A DNA stretch of 64,000 bases, taken from positions 210,095-274,094 of the forward strand of contig JBEKNE010000001.1 in assembly GCA_049523135.1 (NCBI GenBank), read 5' to 3'. The stretch comes from Candidatus Microgenomates bacterium (lineage in GTDB: Bacteria; Patescibacteriota; Microgenomatia; UBA8517). Of this stretch, positions 45,731 through 56,143 are shown piece after piece. The notes beneath the pieces were generated by a model. The model did not search any database. It was given only the letters and a program-made list of their open reading frames with translations, and had not been told where the DNA came from. How positions within the stretch are numbered: the first letter of the stretch is position 1; every line of letters begins with the position of its first letter. The translations under genes and the position numbers were made by a program.

Positions 45731-47080
45731 ATGGATAAAGTCAGAACGCGGTTTGCTCCATCTCCGACAGGATTCCTACACATAGGTGGCTTAAGAACCG
45801 CACTCTATGCGTATGCGCTGTCAAAACATAGTGGTGGAGATTTTATCTTAAGGATTGAGGATACCGATCAAAAACGTCAAGTAGCCGGTGCAACCGAAGC
45901 TTTACAAAAAACACTGAAGGAATTTGATTTAAATTGGGACGAATTTTATGTTCAATCGGAACGGCAGAAAACCGGAATATACGAAAAAGCCGCGAAAAAA
46001 ATGGTTTCCGAAGGCCACGCTTTTTATTGCCAATGTAAACCCAAGAATGCAAAAGAAGAAGGTTTTTCAACCGATTTGAGAGATCAATGTCGCGACAAAA
46101 GTTATACTTCCGGTGCAATCAAACTTAAAGTTCCGGACGGGGAAACCATTACCTATTATGATTTTGTTCACAGGAAAGAAATTTCGTGGAATAGTGATAC
46201 CGTCTATGACGCGACTCTTCTAAAATCCGACGGGTTTCCAACTTATCATCTTGCGGCGATGGTTGACGATTTGGATATGGGTGTGACCCACATTCTGCGG
46301 GGTCACGACTGGCTTCCTTCAACTCCGATTCATCTTTTGGTTTTTAAGTATCTTGGAGGAACTAGGCCTGAAATAGGACATTTAACCGATATTCTTTCGG
46401 CGGAAACCGGTAAGAAATTAAGTAAAAGAAGAGATTCTGTTTTTGTGGAAAAATTTTTGGAAGAGGGGTATCTGCCCGAAGCTCTTCTAAATTTTGTAAT
46501 GCTACTCGGCTGGGCGCCGAAAGATAACCGTGAACTTTATACTCTGCCGGAATTTGTTAAAAATTTTGATATAAACGGTTTTCAGGAAGCGAACCCAAGA
46601 TTTTTGGAAGATAAATTAAATTGGTTTAATGGAGAATATATCAGAAAACTTTCTGATGAAAGTTTAAATTCCAAATTCCAAACTATAAATTCCGAATTTG
46701 CAAAACTCTCAAAAGAAAAACAATTTGCAATAACAAAATTAGTAAAGGATAGAATAAAGAAAATATCGGACATTGATGAACTTGCAAAGTTTTTTTGGGA
46801 TGTGCCCAGTGTTGATGTAAAAATTCTTGGAAATGATTACAAAAATCATATTTCCGATGCAATTGGAATAATTGAAAATTTTGATAAATGGGAATTGGAG
46901 GAATTGAATGAAAAATTAATGCAAAATATTAAAAATAAAGGATATAAAGTCGGAAACTTTTTCATGGATTTAAGAATTGCAATTACCGGTTCTAAATTTA
47001 CGCCCCCGATAAACGACTCGATTATTATTTTAGGGAAAGAAGAAAGCATTAAGAGATTGAAAACTACTCTTAAATTGTAA
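45731..47080 (+). CDS. gltX: Glutamyl-tRNA synthetase
   Basis: HIGH motif (PSPTGFLHIGG), KMSKS (KLSKR). Confidence 0.9.
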   Translation: MDKVRTRFAPSPTGFLHIGGLRTALYAYALSKHSGGDFILRIEDTDQKRQVAGATEALQKTLKEFDLNWDEFYVQSERQKTGIYEKAAKKMVSEGHAFYCQCKPKNAKEEGFSTDLRDQCRDKSYTSGAIKLKVPDGETITYYDFVHRKEISWNSDTVYDATLLKSDGFPTYHLAAMVDDLDMGVTHILRGHDWLPSTPIHLLVFKYLGGTRPEIGHLTDILSAETGKKLSKRRDSVFVEKFLEEGYLPEALLNFVMLLGWAPKDNRELYTLPEFVKNFDINGFQEANPRFLEDKLNWFNGEYIRKLSDESLNSKFQTINSEFAKLSKEKQFAITKLVKDRIKKISDIDELAKFFWDVPSVDVKILGNDYKNHISDAIGIIENFDKWELEELNEKLMQNIKNKGYKVGNFFMDLRIAITGSKFTPPINDSIIILGKEESIKRLKTTLKL

Positions 47081-47095
47081 ATTGAAAATAGAATT

Positions 47096-48073
47096 ATGAC
47101 TCTTCCTGCCAAAAAAACTTATAAAAAGTTTGAACAAGAGAAAATTAACTCGGAATTTCTTCGGAATAAGCTGAAAATAAAGAGTTTGGAAGCCAGGCGC
47201 TCCCTATTTGAAAAATATCCCCATGTTGAAAAATTTCTTTCGGAAAAAGGTTTGGATCTGGGTAAAATCCGTGAGCACTCCGCAAAAATTATTACCACGG
47301 GAGCCCTAACCGGAACACTTCTTTTTGCTACCCCCGGGCTGGCCGTTAATATTCCTCCAGTAACCAATATTATTAAAAAACTGTCGGATATTGAAGGTAC
47401 GGGTTCAAATATTTCCAATCAGCAAACACTGCTTTCTTCATTGCAACAAATTTTGCCTCAAAAAGTAGGGCCGCTTGATAGAACCCAGGAAAAAACCTTG
47501 GAGCAGGTTTTTCAGGGAAATATTGGTGTTAATGCGAAAGCAACATTGGAAGGGGAGCATCTTAATACTACATACGGCTATATTGGAGCCGAACAACATC
47601 TGGCCCGTTACCCCGGAGATAGCATGGCTGTTCATCCCAAAATACCAGAACTTGATGAGGGAATGGCACCGGGACTCGGTGCCTGGGGTTATTTTGCCGA
47701 TTCGAAGAAAGATCTTACACCAAGTTTAGATAACGATGAAAAGTGGTATGTTGCGGTGCAAACTTTATATTTGCCGGATTGGGAAAAACGTTTACCCTAT
47801 TTAATTAATTGGTACAAATATAGAAAAGTTTTGGTTGTGAATACGGTTAATGGAAATGCAGTTGTTGCTGATATTGCCGATTCCGGACCTGCTGCGTGGA
47901 CAGGAAAACAATTTGGCGGAAGCCCTGAGGTTATGAATTACCTCGGCGGTGCCAAATATAAGAAGGGATCTGTTATAGTATTTTTTGTAGACGATCCGAA
48001 TAATCAGGTTCCCTTAGGACCGGTGGAATATAATGATGTAAATAACCTGGGAGTTACGATGGTACAAACATAA
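47096..48073 (+). CDS. Hypothetical protein with C-terminal RlpA-like double-psi beta-barrel (DPBB/3D) domain
   Basis: C-terminal VVADIADSGPAAWTGKQFGGSPEVMNYLG resembles the RlpA/3D-domain core; N-terminal TM. Confidence 0.5.
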   Translation: MTLPAKKTYKKFEQEKINSEFLRNKLKIKSLEARRSLFEKYPHVEKFLSEKGLDLGKIREHSAKIITTGALTGTLLFATPGLAVNIPPVTNIIKKLSDIEGTGSNISNQQTLLSSLQQILPQKVGPLDRTQEKTLEQVFQGNIGVNAKATLEGEHLNTTYGYIGAEQHLARYPGDSMAVHPKIPELDEGMAPGLGAWGYFADSKKDLTPSLDNDEKWYVAVQTLYLPDWEKRLPYLINWYKYRKVLVVNTVNGNAVVADIADSGPAAWTGKQFGGSPEVMNYLGGAKYKKGSVIVFFVDDPNNQVPLGPVEYNDVNNLGVTMVQT

Positions 48074-48077
48074 AAAT

Positions 48078-48440
48078 ATGAGCAAACTTTTTTTTGATCA
48101 TTTAATAGTTTTTGACGAGATAGAAGTTGTTATCAAAAAAACGGCTACCTCCAAGGAAGAAAAAGAAGAACTTTGGGGTTTGGTTGACGAGATAGTTAAT
48201 CATAAAGTTGTTGAGAAAGTACTTGACAGATTACCCCGGGAAAATCATGAAGAATTTTTGGAATTATTTCATAAAAGCCCACATGATGAGGAAATCATTT
48301 TCGGGTATCTAAAAAGTAAAATCGGCGAGAATGTAGAAAAAGAATTACAAAAAGAATTGGAAAATGTCTCTTCAGAAATTTTAAAAGAGTTGGAACCGCA
48401 AGATGAGGTTTCTGCGGAAATGCAGGTATCAAAAAAGTAA
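48078..48440 (+). CDS. Hypothetical acidic protein (120 aa)
   Basis: Glu/Lys-rich helical ORF, 1-nt gap to the next gene. Confidence 0.4.
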   Translation: MSKLFFDHLIVFDEIEVVIKKTATSKEEKEELWGLVDEIVNHKVVEKVLDRLPRENHEEFLELFHKSPHDEEIIFGYLKSKIGENVEKELQKELENVSSEILKELEPQDEVSAEMQVSKK

Positions 48441-48743
48441 ATGGACAATCATTTTGGCGGAGTTATTTGGACAAATCATTCACTTGATAGACTAAGGGAA
48501 CGTGGAATAAAACAAGGTGATGCTTGGGCTGCATGGAGAAACCCCGAAAGCTCAAAGAAAGGATCTGCCCCCGGATCTTGGGTTTATTACCGTAATTACA
48601 ATGGAACCCAGATTGAAGTTGTAGCTAAACAAAATGAAAAACACGAGTGGCTAATTCTTTCCGTTTGGTCAAGGCCCATTTTCAGCAATGGCAAAAAACC
48701 GGAGTCCTTCTGGAAATTCATTTTCAAGAAGCTATTCCATTAA
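48441..48743 (+). CDS. Hypothetical small protein, DUF4258-like (possible toxin-like)
   Basis: WTNHSLDRLRERGIKQGDAWAAW resembles the H-A-x-ER-x-x-ERGI signature of DUF4258; weak. Confidence 0.35.
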   Translation: MDNHFGGVIWTNHSLDRLRERGIKQGDAWAAWRNPESSKKGSAPGSWVYYRNYNGTQIEVVAKQNEKHEWLILSVWSRPIFSNGKKPESFWKFIFKKLFH

Positions 48744-48786
48744 GCCTTGCTCCAGATTATACTTAAAAGTAGAATTTGATTTTGGC

Positions 48787-49863
48787 ATGAAAAAGATATT
48801 TGGCAAGGCAAACGACTTCAGAAAAAGATTGGGAAAATGGTTCTGGTTGACCATTGTAATAATTGCTTTGGTTATCTGGAGAATATATGTTTCTTTAAAC
48901 ACTTCCGTAAAAGTTCAAACTGTGCAAGTTACCCGCGGTGATATAAGTGAGGCTGTTTCCACATCTGGCAATGTTGAAGCGGATTACTATGCGGCACTTA
49001 CTTTTCCTTCAGGTGGTCAAATATCAGCTGTTGGAGTAAAAGCAGGGCAAAAAGTTGTAAAGGGCCAATTCATTGCTCAAATAGATTCGATACCCCTTAA
49101 TGCAGCCTATGAGGATGCTTTGAATAATTACAGAGATACGCAGGCGGCTGTGGAGTTGGAACATGATAACGATAAGAATTATGGGTCGGCAGAGACTTTC
49201 GCCCAAAAGGCCACAAGAACTGCCGCTGAGGTCGCAAATGATAATGCTTATAACAATCTTTTAGCCGCTGAGGATAATCTTAAAAATGCGGTAATTTATG
49301 CTCCCTTTTCCGGAATAATCGATACGGTTAGTCCCGGCTCCCCGGGAATAAATGTTTTGCCTGGGGCCGCGAACTATACGATAGTTGATCCATCATCCGT
49401 TTATTTTGATGCCGAGGTTGAAGAAACGGATTTAACGAATGTATCTGTTGGAGAAAGCGTAGATATAAAACTGGATGCGTATCCTGATAAAGATTTTCAG
49501 GGAAAAGTAACCGTTATTGGAAACGTTGCATTTACTTCCTCAACAGGCGGAAATGCTTATCATGTGAGGATTTCACTTCCCGACAATTCGGCTCAAAAGT
49601 TTAAAGTTGGGATGCAGGGGGATGTGGAAATTGTTTACGGGACAGTTTCCAACACAACTAAGGTATCAACTTCGGCAATATTGTCTGATGGAGGCAATAA
49701 CTATCTTTGGGTGATAGACGGCGGGCGGATCAAAGAGGTTGAGGTGGGTCTTGGTGCGGCTTCCGATACGGAAACGGAAATTAAATCCGGAGTTTCCGAG
49801 GGTATGACTGTGGTGGACAATCCAGCCTCAAATCTTAAGGACGGTGAGAATGTTCAATATTAA
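48787..49863 (+). CDS. Efflux transporter periplasmic adaptor subunit (MacA/HlyD-like)
   Basis: N-terminal TM, coiled-coil, beta-barrel/lipoyl-like segments; precedes MacB-like ATPase/permease. Confidence 0.8.
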   Translation: MKKIFGKANDFRKRLGKWFWLTIVIIALVIWRIYVSLNTSVKVQTVQVTRGDISEAVSTSGNVEADYYAALTFPSGGQISAVGVKAGQKVVKGQFIAQIDSIPLNAAYEDALNNYRDTQAAVELEHDNDKNYGSAETFAQKATRTAAEVANDNAYNNLLAAEDNLKNAVIYAPFSGIIDTVSPGSPGINVLPGAANYTIVDPSSVYFDAEVEETDLTNVSVGESVDIKLDAYPDKDFQGKVTVIGNVAFTSSTGGNAYHVRISLPDNSAQKFKVGMQGDVEIVYGTVSNTTKVSTSAILSDGGNNYLWVIDGGRIKEVEVGLGAASDTETEIKSGVSEGMTVVDNPASNLKDGENVQY

Positions 49864-49884
49864 AGTTGTTAATCCTGAATTTTT

Positions 49885-50574
49885 ATGCAGCCTCTAATTT
49901 CTCTTTCAAATGTTAAAAAGATATACAAGTTGGGGGATGATATTGAAGTTGATGCTCTTCGCGGAATAAATCTTGAGGTTTATCCCAAGGAATTTGTCGC
50001 AATAATCGGTCATTCAGGCAGCGGCAAATCCACACTAATGCATATAATCGGAATTTTGGATAAGCCCACGAGCGGAACGGTTATTCTGGAGGGACATGAT
50101 GTTTCCAAACTTAAAGAAGAAAAACTTGCGGAGCTTAGAAATAAACACATAGGTTTTGTTTTTCAGGCTTTTAATTTGCTTCCCAAAACTTCGGCCGTGG
50201 AAAATGTGGAGTTGCCCTTGGTTTATTCAAGCATCTCGGAAAGAGAAAGAAGAGAAAGAGCAATTAAGGCTTTGCAGGTAGTGGGGCTTGGCGAGAGACT
50301 TGACCATGCGCCTAATCAGCTTTCGGGAGGACAACAGCAAAGGGTGGCGATTGCCAGAGCGTTTGTTACAAAACCAAGCATAATTTTGGCCGATGAACCA
50401 ACAGGAAATTTGGATAGTAAAAGTAGCGACGAGATAATAGATCTTTTGGCTGAACTTAATCGGGAAGGAAACACGATTATTTTGGTAACTCACGAAATGG
50501 AGATCGCCAGGAAAGCAAAAAGAATTATAGAAATAAAGGACGGACTTATTATTTCCGATAGAAAAAATAAATGA
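49885..50574 (+). CDS. ABC transporter ATP-binding protein (MacB/LolD-like)
   Basis: Walker A GHSGSGKST, signature LSGGQQQRVAIARA, Walker B ILADEPTGNLD. Confidence 0.92.
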   Translation: MQPLISLSNVKKIYKLGDDIEVDALRGINLEVYPKEFVAIIGHSGSGKSTLMHIIGILDKPTSGTVILEGHDVSKLKEEKLAELRNKHIGFVFQAFNLLPKTSAVENVELPLVYSSISERERRERAIKALQVVGLGERLDHAPNQLSGGQQQRVAIARAFVTKPSIILADEPTGNLDSKSSDEIIDLLAELNREGNTIILVTHEMEIARKAKRIIEIKDGLIISDRKNK

Positions 50575-51776
50575 TTGCCATAACCGAAATTTCAAAACTT
50601 GCTTTCAGGAGCTTATTGCGTAATAAAACCAGATCGCTTCTTACAATGGTAGGGATAATTATTGGAGTTTCCGCAGTAATTCTTTTGGTTTCGATCGGAC
50701 AAGGCTTGCAGGATTATTTGCTTAATACTTTTGAATCTTTGGGGAGCAATTTGATTACTGTTTTACCCGGGAAGGTTGGTCAGGGAGGGTTTTCTGCCGC
50801 GAGCAGTCCCAATTTTGCCGGGACCAAGCTTACAATAAAAGATGTTACCGATATTGCCCAACTCGGCGGTTCAGTGGAAACGGCGGGCGGAGGGCTTGAA
50901 TCGGCGGCAACAGTCAGTAATGGAGGAAAAAACAAATTTGTGTCGGTAATTGGGGCTGACGCAACATACCTTAAGATAAGGGATTTTAGTGTGGAAAGCG
51001 GCAGAACTATTACCGATTCGGATTCCCGCGTATCACGCAATGTTGCAATTGTCGGGAAGACCATCGTGACGGATCTTTATGGTGGGGCTGACCCTGTTGG
51101 TAAAAAAATAACCATAGGTTCGCAAAAGTTTGAAATAATAGGCGTCTTAAATGAAATTGGATCGGGAGGGTTTGGTATAGATGTGAACAGCTATATATTT
51201 ATACCTTTAACCACGGCGCAAAATGTCTTCGGCATTAAGGGCGTTGAGGTTATTGCGGCAAAAGCGGTTGATAAAGAAAGCATTCCCCAAGCTATTAGCC
51301 AAATAAATGCTTTACTGTCGAAACGTCTTAAGTCGGATGATTTTTCTGTGGTTGACAACACTTCTTTAGTGCAGACAGTTGACCAAATCTTAGGGGTTTT
51401 GACATTGGCCTTGGGAGGAATTGCCGCAATTTCCCTTTTGGTAGGGGGAGTCGGAATAATGAATATTATGCTTGTTTCCGTTACCGAGAGGACAAAGGAA
51501 ATTGGTCTTAGAAAAGCCGTAGGGGCAAAGCCGGGGGATATCCTTTACCAGTTTCTTATAGAGTCTGTGGTTTTGTCGCTCGGGGGCGGGGTAATCGGGG
51601 TTGCAATCGGGGCGCTTGGGGCATGGGCAATGAGCTTTTTCATCCAAACATCCGTTTCTTTTTGGAGTGTGGCATTGGCATTTGGTGTTTCGGCTCTGAT
51701 AGGAATAGTTTTCGGTGTTGCGCCTGCCGCAAGAGCTTCTAAGTTAAATCCAATCGATGCCCTTAAATATGAATGA
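50571..51776 (+). CDS. ABC transporter permease (FtsX/MacB-type)
   Basis: N-terminal TM, large periplasmic domain, C-terminal FtsX-like 3-TM bundle. Confidence 0.85.
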   Translation: MIAITEISKLAFRSLLRNKTRSLLTMVGIIIGVSAVILLVSIGQGLQDYLLNTFESLGSNLITVLPGKVGQGGFSAASSPNFAGTKLTIKDVTDIAQLGGSVETAGGGLESAATVSNGGKNKFVSVIGADATYLKIRDFSVESGRTITDSDSRVSRNVAIVGKTIVTDLYGGADPVGKKITIGSQKFEIIGVLNEIGSGGFGIDVNSYIFIPLTTAQNVFGIKGVEVIAAKAVDKESIPQAISQINALLSKRLKSDDFSVVDNTSLVQTVDQILGVLTLALGGIAAISLLVGGVGIMNIMLVSVTERTKEIGLRKAVGAKPGDILYQFLIESVVLSLGGGVIGVAIGALGAWAMSFFIQTSVSFWSVALAFGVSALIGIVFGVAPAARASKLNPIDALKYE

Positions 51777-51778
51777 GG

Positions 51779-52228
51779 TTAAATGAGGGATTTCAAATCC
51801 GAAATGATTTGTAAAGAATGTGTTAATGGGTTTACCTTTTTATAAAATTTTTTAATTTCTCCTTTCGGATCAATCAAATAAGTATTCCTGATAGTTCCTT
51901 CAAATTCTCTGCCCATAAATTTTTTAGTTCCCCAAGATTTATAGTCTTTAATTACTTTTGTTGATTCATCGGAAAGTATAGGGAAATTTAGGTCATATTT
52001 CTCGGCAAACTTTTTGTGCGAAGCAACGGAATCTTTTGATATGCCAAGTATTTGTGTCCCCATTTTTTGCAGTTCGTGATATGAATCCCTGAAACTGCAA
52101 GCTTCTTTTGTACAGCCTGGAGTATCGTCTTTCGGATAAAAATATAAAACTATCCAACTTCCTTTATAATCCGACAGTTTGTGAAGCTTCCCCTCTTGGT
52201 CCGGAAGAGTAAAGTCTTTTGCTTTCAT
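51779..52228 (-). CDS. bcp: Peroxiredoxin (Bcp/thiol peroxidase type)
   Basis: FYPKDDTPGCTKEAC peroxidatic Cys motif; start MKAKDFTLPD. Confidence 0.9.
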   Translation of the reverse strand: MKAKDFTLPDQEGKLHKLSDYKGSWIVLYFYPKDDTPGCTKEACSFRDSYHELQKMGTQILGISKDSVASHKKFAEKYDLNFPILSDESTKVIKDYKSWGTKKFMGREFEGTIRNTYLIDPKGEIKKFYKKVNPLTHSLQIISDLKSLI

Positions 52229-52310
52229 TATCAGTATTTTTATACTTATTTTTTGTTTTATCAAGTAAGTCTTTATCAAGGAAGAAAGTTTTCAGTTTTA
52301 ATTCAGCATT

Positions 52311-52622
52311 TTGATGTATATTACGATTACAAAGAAGGTGATAAGGATGATGAATTATTACGGATTTAGAATGGTGGGACCGGCTCATTCTTTTATTAGT
52401 TTTGGCTGGATTTTCGGAGTTATTTTTTGGATTTTATTTATACTTTTGATAGTCGGGCTTATAAGATGGTATGTTTCCGACAAACCAAATAAGACCTCCG
52501 AAGATTCAAGTGAAGACGAAGTCAAAAAAGAAGACTCGGCTTTGGAAATTCTTAAGAAACGATATGCCAGAGGAGAAATAACATTTAGTGAATTTGAGAA
52601 GATGAAGAAAGACATAAAATAG
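52311..52622 (+). CDS. SHOCT-domain membrane protein
   Basis: TM helix then C-terminal LKKRYARGEITFSEFEKMKKDI SHOCT motif. Confidence 0.65.
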   Translation: MMYITITKKVIRMMNYYGFRMVGPAHSFISFGWIFGVIFWILFILLIVGLIRWYVSDKPNKTSEDSSEDEVKKEDSALEILKKRYARGEITFSEFEKMKKDIK

Positions 52623-52652
52623 TTTTTAAGTTTATTCTCAGCATATAAATTT

Positions 52653-53744
52653 ATGCTAAAATGTTTTAGCTGTATGAAAAAACTGATAGCTTTTTTTGTT
52701 GCTGCCGTTGTACTTTTATTTTCGCCTTCCAAGATTTTGGCCAGCGGAACTCCTAGTCAATCAAACTCAAGTTATAAGGGTCCTTCAAATTCACTGCCGG
52801 CAGACGGATCTACAACAGGAACAATAACAATTTATTTGAAGGATTCAAACAACAACCCGGTTGCTTATGATACGTTGAAGTTGTCATCGTCGAATGATAG
52901 TACGGCTATATTCAATAATAATCAAACAACCGGTGCCGACGGAAGTGCAAATTTTACAATATCTTCAACTACCGCCGGTACAACGGAGGTCACAATGACG
53001 GATTCAACTGCAGGAATAACTTTTACAAATTGGTTTGCAGTAACTTTTTATTCGGCAACCGTTAACTGTTCCAATGTTCCGGCGGCACCTGTTCTTAACT
53101 CGGTTGTTTCCAATTCAAGCGGTGCGGTTATATTAAGCTGGACAGATTCAGCCAATCCGGTTTCAAATTACGTTGTTTCCTACGGTATTGCATCGGGAAG
53201 TTATATTTACGGAAACCCAAATGTTGGAGGTCAGGGAACTACAACAACGACAATCAGTGGACTAACTGCAAATAAAAAATATTATTTTGTAGTGGCCGCC
53301 AATAATGCTTGCGGAATCAGCAGTTTTTCAAATGAAGTGTCCGCTGTCGCGAGTCCCGCCACCCCTACACCGGTAGCAACAATTACACCGACTGTCGCTC
53401 CATTGATTTCTACTTTAGCTACATCCGAGCCAACCGAAACACCCGAGGAAGTTACGGAAACCCCAAGTCCTACCCCTGAAGCTTCAACCGGGAGCCCCAA
53501 TACTCTTATGAGAGATATTGCGATCGGAATAATAGCTCTCGGCGTGATCCTACTTTTAGGTATTGTCCTTATAGCCAAGAAGGGAAAGAAAAAAGGTCCC
53601 GGCGGTTTTCAAAAGATTGATACAAATTCGACTCCACAGAATTCACCGCAGAATTGGCCGCAAAATCAGTCCGACAACCCATCGTCTCAACCGCCTACAT
53701 ATAATCCACCGACAAATTTTCCTCCGCAAACCCCGTTGCAGTAA
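52653..53744 (+). CDS. Secreted/cell-surface protein with Ig-like/FN3-like beta domains, Thr/Pro linker, C-terminal TM anchor and Pro/Gln-rich tail
   Basis: Signal peptide; S/T-rich repeats; PATPTPVATITPTVAP linker; hydrophobic anchor IAIGIIALGVILLLGIVLIA. Confidence 0.55.
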   Translation: MLKCFSCMKKLIAFFVAAVVLLFSPSKILASGTPSQSNSSYKGPSNSLPADGSTTGTITIYLKDSNNNPVAYDTLKLSSSNDSTAIFNNNQTTGADGSANFTISSTTAGTTEVTMTDSTAGITFTNWFAVTFYSATVNCSNVPAAPVLNSVVSNSSGAVILSWTDSANPVSNYVVSYGIASGSYIYGNPNVGGQGTTTTTISGLTANKKYYFVVAANNACGISSFSNEVSAVASPATPTPVATITPTVAPLISTLATSEPTETPEEVTETPSPTPEASTGSPNTLMRDIAIGIIALGVILLLGIVLIAKKGKKKGPGGFQKIDTNSTPQNSPQNWPQNQSDNPSSQPPTYNPPTNFPPQTPLQ

Positions 53745-53806
53745 AAGGCACTGTCATCTTCGGCGGAGTGAAGATAACAAATTTAAAAAGGCGTTATAAT
53801 TAGAAA

Positions 53807-54829
53807 ATGGCTGCCCAGATTATTGCCCGTATCACCACATTCATTGCTCTTATTACTGGAATTTTTCATTCTGCAAGCGGAATTATTTTAACGTCCACTC
53901 CGATTATTCAAAATCCTCTTGCGATTCAAACAATGAGAGCAGGAAGTTATCCCGGGAGTAATGTCACGTTTGAACAGACTCTACCTTCGGGAAGCAATTA
54001 CAAACGTTATATTGTTTCTTTTTATTCACAAGGATTAAAAGAATATGCGTATCTTACAATTCCCAATACCGGTAAACCTCAGAACGGGTTTCCTGTTATC
54101 ATTTTTAACCACGGCTATCAAACTCCCGAACTTTATACGCCGGAGGGGAATTATATTGCCTACATGGATGCTCTCGCCAAGGCTGGTTATGTAATTTTTA
54201 AGCCGGACTATCGTGGAAATGGAAAATCACAAGGTGCCCCGACCAGTTCTTATTTCTCTCCGAATTATACGGTTGACGACCTAAATGCAATTTCTTCAGT
54301 TAAGAATTTAGAGGATCCAAAAACCGGTCTGAAGGTAATAGATAATAGTAAAATCGGAATGTGGGGTCACTCGATGGGTGGAGCAATTACGCTAAGGGCT
54401 TCGGAAATTTCTCCCGATATAAAAGCGGTTGTAATTTGGGGAGGGGTGGTTGGTAGCTACAACGATATTATTTATAACTGGCAGGATGCTGTTTCCTACA
54501 AGCCGGCAAAAGAGGATCTGACTTTGCGGAATTTGGGCTTAGCTGCCCTTCTGACTCAGTATGGAAACCCTACCCAAAATCCGGATTTTTGGGATTCCGT
54601 CGATCCAAGTGCAAATGTTGCTTATATTACAGCACCTGTCCAAATTCATGTTGGGGGAAGCGACGAGCAGGTGCCTTCTTCCTTCTCAAAATATTTATAT
54701 AATCAGCTTATCGCCGCTGGCAAAACGGCCGAGTTTTACAGCTATCCCGGGGCAAACCATGATATTGCGCAGGGATTTTCCCCGGCGATGAAAAGAACAA
54801 TTGACTTTTTCGACCGTTATCTTAAGTAA
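53807..54829 (+). CDS. Alpha/beta hydrolase (S9/dienelactone-hydrolase-like serine hydrolase)
   Basis: Nucleophile elbow GHSMGG, catalytic His region GANHD. Confidence 0.75.
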   Translation: MAAQIIARITTFIALITGIFHSASGIILTSTPIIQNPLAIQTMRAGSYPGSNVTFEQTLPSGSNYKRYIVSFYSQGLKEYAYLTIPNTGKPQNGFPVIIFNHGYQTPELYTPEGNYIAYMDALAKAGYVIFKPDYRGNGKSQGAPTSSYFSPNYTVDDLNAISSVKNLEDPKTGLKVIDNSKIGMWGHSMGGAITLRASEISPDIKAVVIWGGVVGSYNDIIYNWQDAVSYKPAKEDLTLRNLGLAALLTQYGNPTQNPDFWDSVDPSANVAYITAPVQIHVGGSDEQVPSSFSKYLYNQLIAAGKTAEFYSYPGANHDIAQGFSPAMKRTIDFFDRYLK

Positions 54830-54848
54830 AATCAGCTATAATTCACCC

Positions 54849-55895
54849 ATGAAGAAGGAATATGTAAAGTCAATTGACTCTCTCAGGGTTATCGCCATAC
54901 TGGCGGTTATCATGATCCATGTAACGACCCGTACACTGGAAGCGGCAAAATTTAATCTTGCGGCTTTTCCTTTTACGATTTTCTTAAATCAAATTTCCCG
55001 ATTTGCCGTTCCTCTTTTTATTTTGATTTCCGGTTTTGTTCTGGAAGCAAGTGCCCGGGATGAAAGTTATTGGTCTTTTATTAAAAGGCGTTTTTCAAAA
55101 GTATTTATTCCCTATGTTCTTTGGAGTGCTATCTATTATCTTTTTATCTACAACCAAAATCATGATAATTTTTTAAGAGTGATTTTAGTCGGAAATGCTT
55201 CTTATCAACTTTATTTTATTCCGACTCTCTGTATTTTTTATCTCTTGTTTCCTTTTCTTCATAAAATTTATAATGTTATTTCAAATAAAATTATTTTGTT
55301 TTTGCTTTTTTCTTCAGAAATATTTCTTTTGTATCACGATTATTTCATAAAGCAATTTAGTTTTAGCGACCCGATCCATATTGCAATTCTTAGCTACTTT
55401 TTCTTCATTGCCGGAATTGTCGTCTCAAGAAATAGGGAAGCAATGAATTCATTTATCCATAAATGGAAATATTTATTAGTTTCGGGAATGGTTCTTTCCG
55501 GAGTTTATGTTTTTTTGGAGGGATTTGACAGATATTTATCGGATAAAAATTATCTTGATTATTATTCTCAATGGCGCCCCAGTGTTTTGATTTATACAGT
55601 TCTTCTTGCTTTAGTGCTTTTCCATATTTTTGAAAAAGTAAAGTTCCAGTTTTCACTTTCCGAAAAACTTTCTAAGCTTTCCTTTAATGTTTTTCTTATT
55701 CATGTAATTTTTCTCGAAGGATTTTGGACCGTTGCCGGAAAAACCATTTTTAATTTCCTTAGCGGGTTTACAATCGGAAAACCCCTTTTTGATATTTTGT
55801 TTTTTGTGATAGTCACTGGATTATCGTTTGCTTTTGCTTATATTATTCAGAAGATTTCAAAATTGAATAAAATCTTAGGTGTGCTCGGTTCTTGA
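54849..55895 (+). CDS. Acyltransferase family 3 (membrane O-acyltransferase)
   Basis: IDSLRVIAILAVIMIHV start typical of Acyltransferase_3; 10 TM. Confidence 0.8.
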   Translation: MKKEYVKSIDSLRVIAILAVIMIHVTTRTLEAAKFNLAAFPFTIFLNQISRFAVPLFILISGFVLEASARDESYWSFIKRRFSKVFIPYVLWSAIYYLFIYNQNHDNFLRVILVGNASYQLYFIPTLCIFYLLFPFLHKIYNVISNKIILFLLFSSEIFLLYHDYFIKQFSFSDPIHIAILSYFFFIAGIVVSRNREAMNSFIHKWKYLLVSGMVLSGVYVFLEGFDRYLSDKNYLDYYSQWRPSVLIYTVLLALVLFHIFEKVKFQFSLSEKLSKLSFNVFLIHVIFLEGFWTVAGKTIFNFLSGFTIGKPLFDILFFVIVTGLSFAFAYIIQKISKLNKILGVLGS

Positions 55896-55896
55896 A

Positions 55897-56070
55897 GAAA
55901 GGGCTTTAGTCAGGGCTTCACGTATATTTTTGCCGCCAAACCAGCCTTTGAGATAGACAACTGCGTGTTTATTTTTGTTCCAGTCCTGAAGATAATATTT
56001 GTCAATGCGGCCGCCCTTTTTTGTAAAATCGCGGACAAGATCGTTAAATGAAAAAGATGTGTTAATACAC
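55897..56070 (-). pseudogene. Start-less C-terminal gene fragment (~58 codons) on the minus strand
   Basis: Minus-strand frame reads ...FNDLVRDFTKKGGRIDKYYLQDWNKNKHAVVYLKGWFGGKNIREALTKALSS... with an in-frame stop upstream and no ATG/SD. Confidence 0.3.
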
Positions 56071-56143
56071 TATTATACTACGATTTGTTCGTTTTAGATA
56101 GTTTAAATTGAATCAAACTTTTATTGTAAACAAGTTATTTTAT

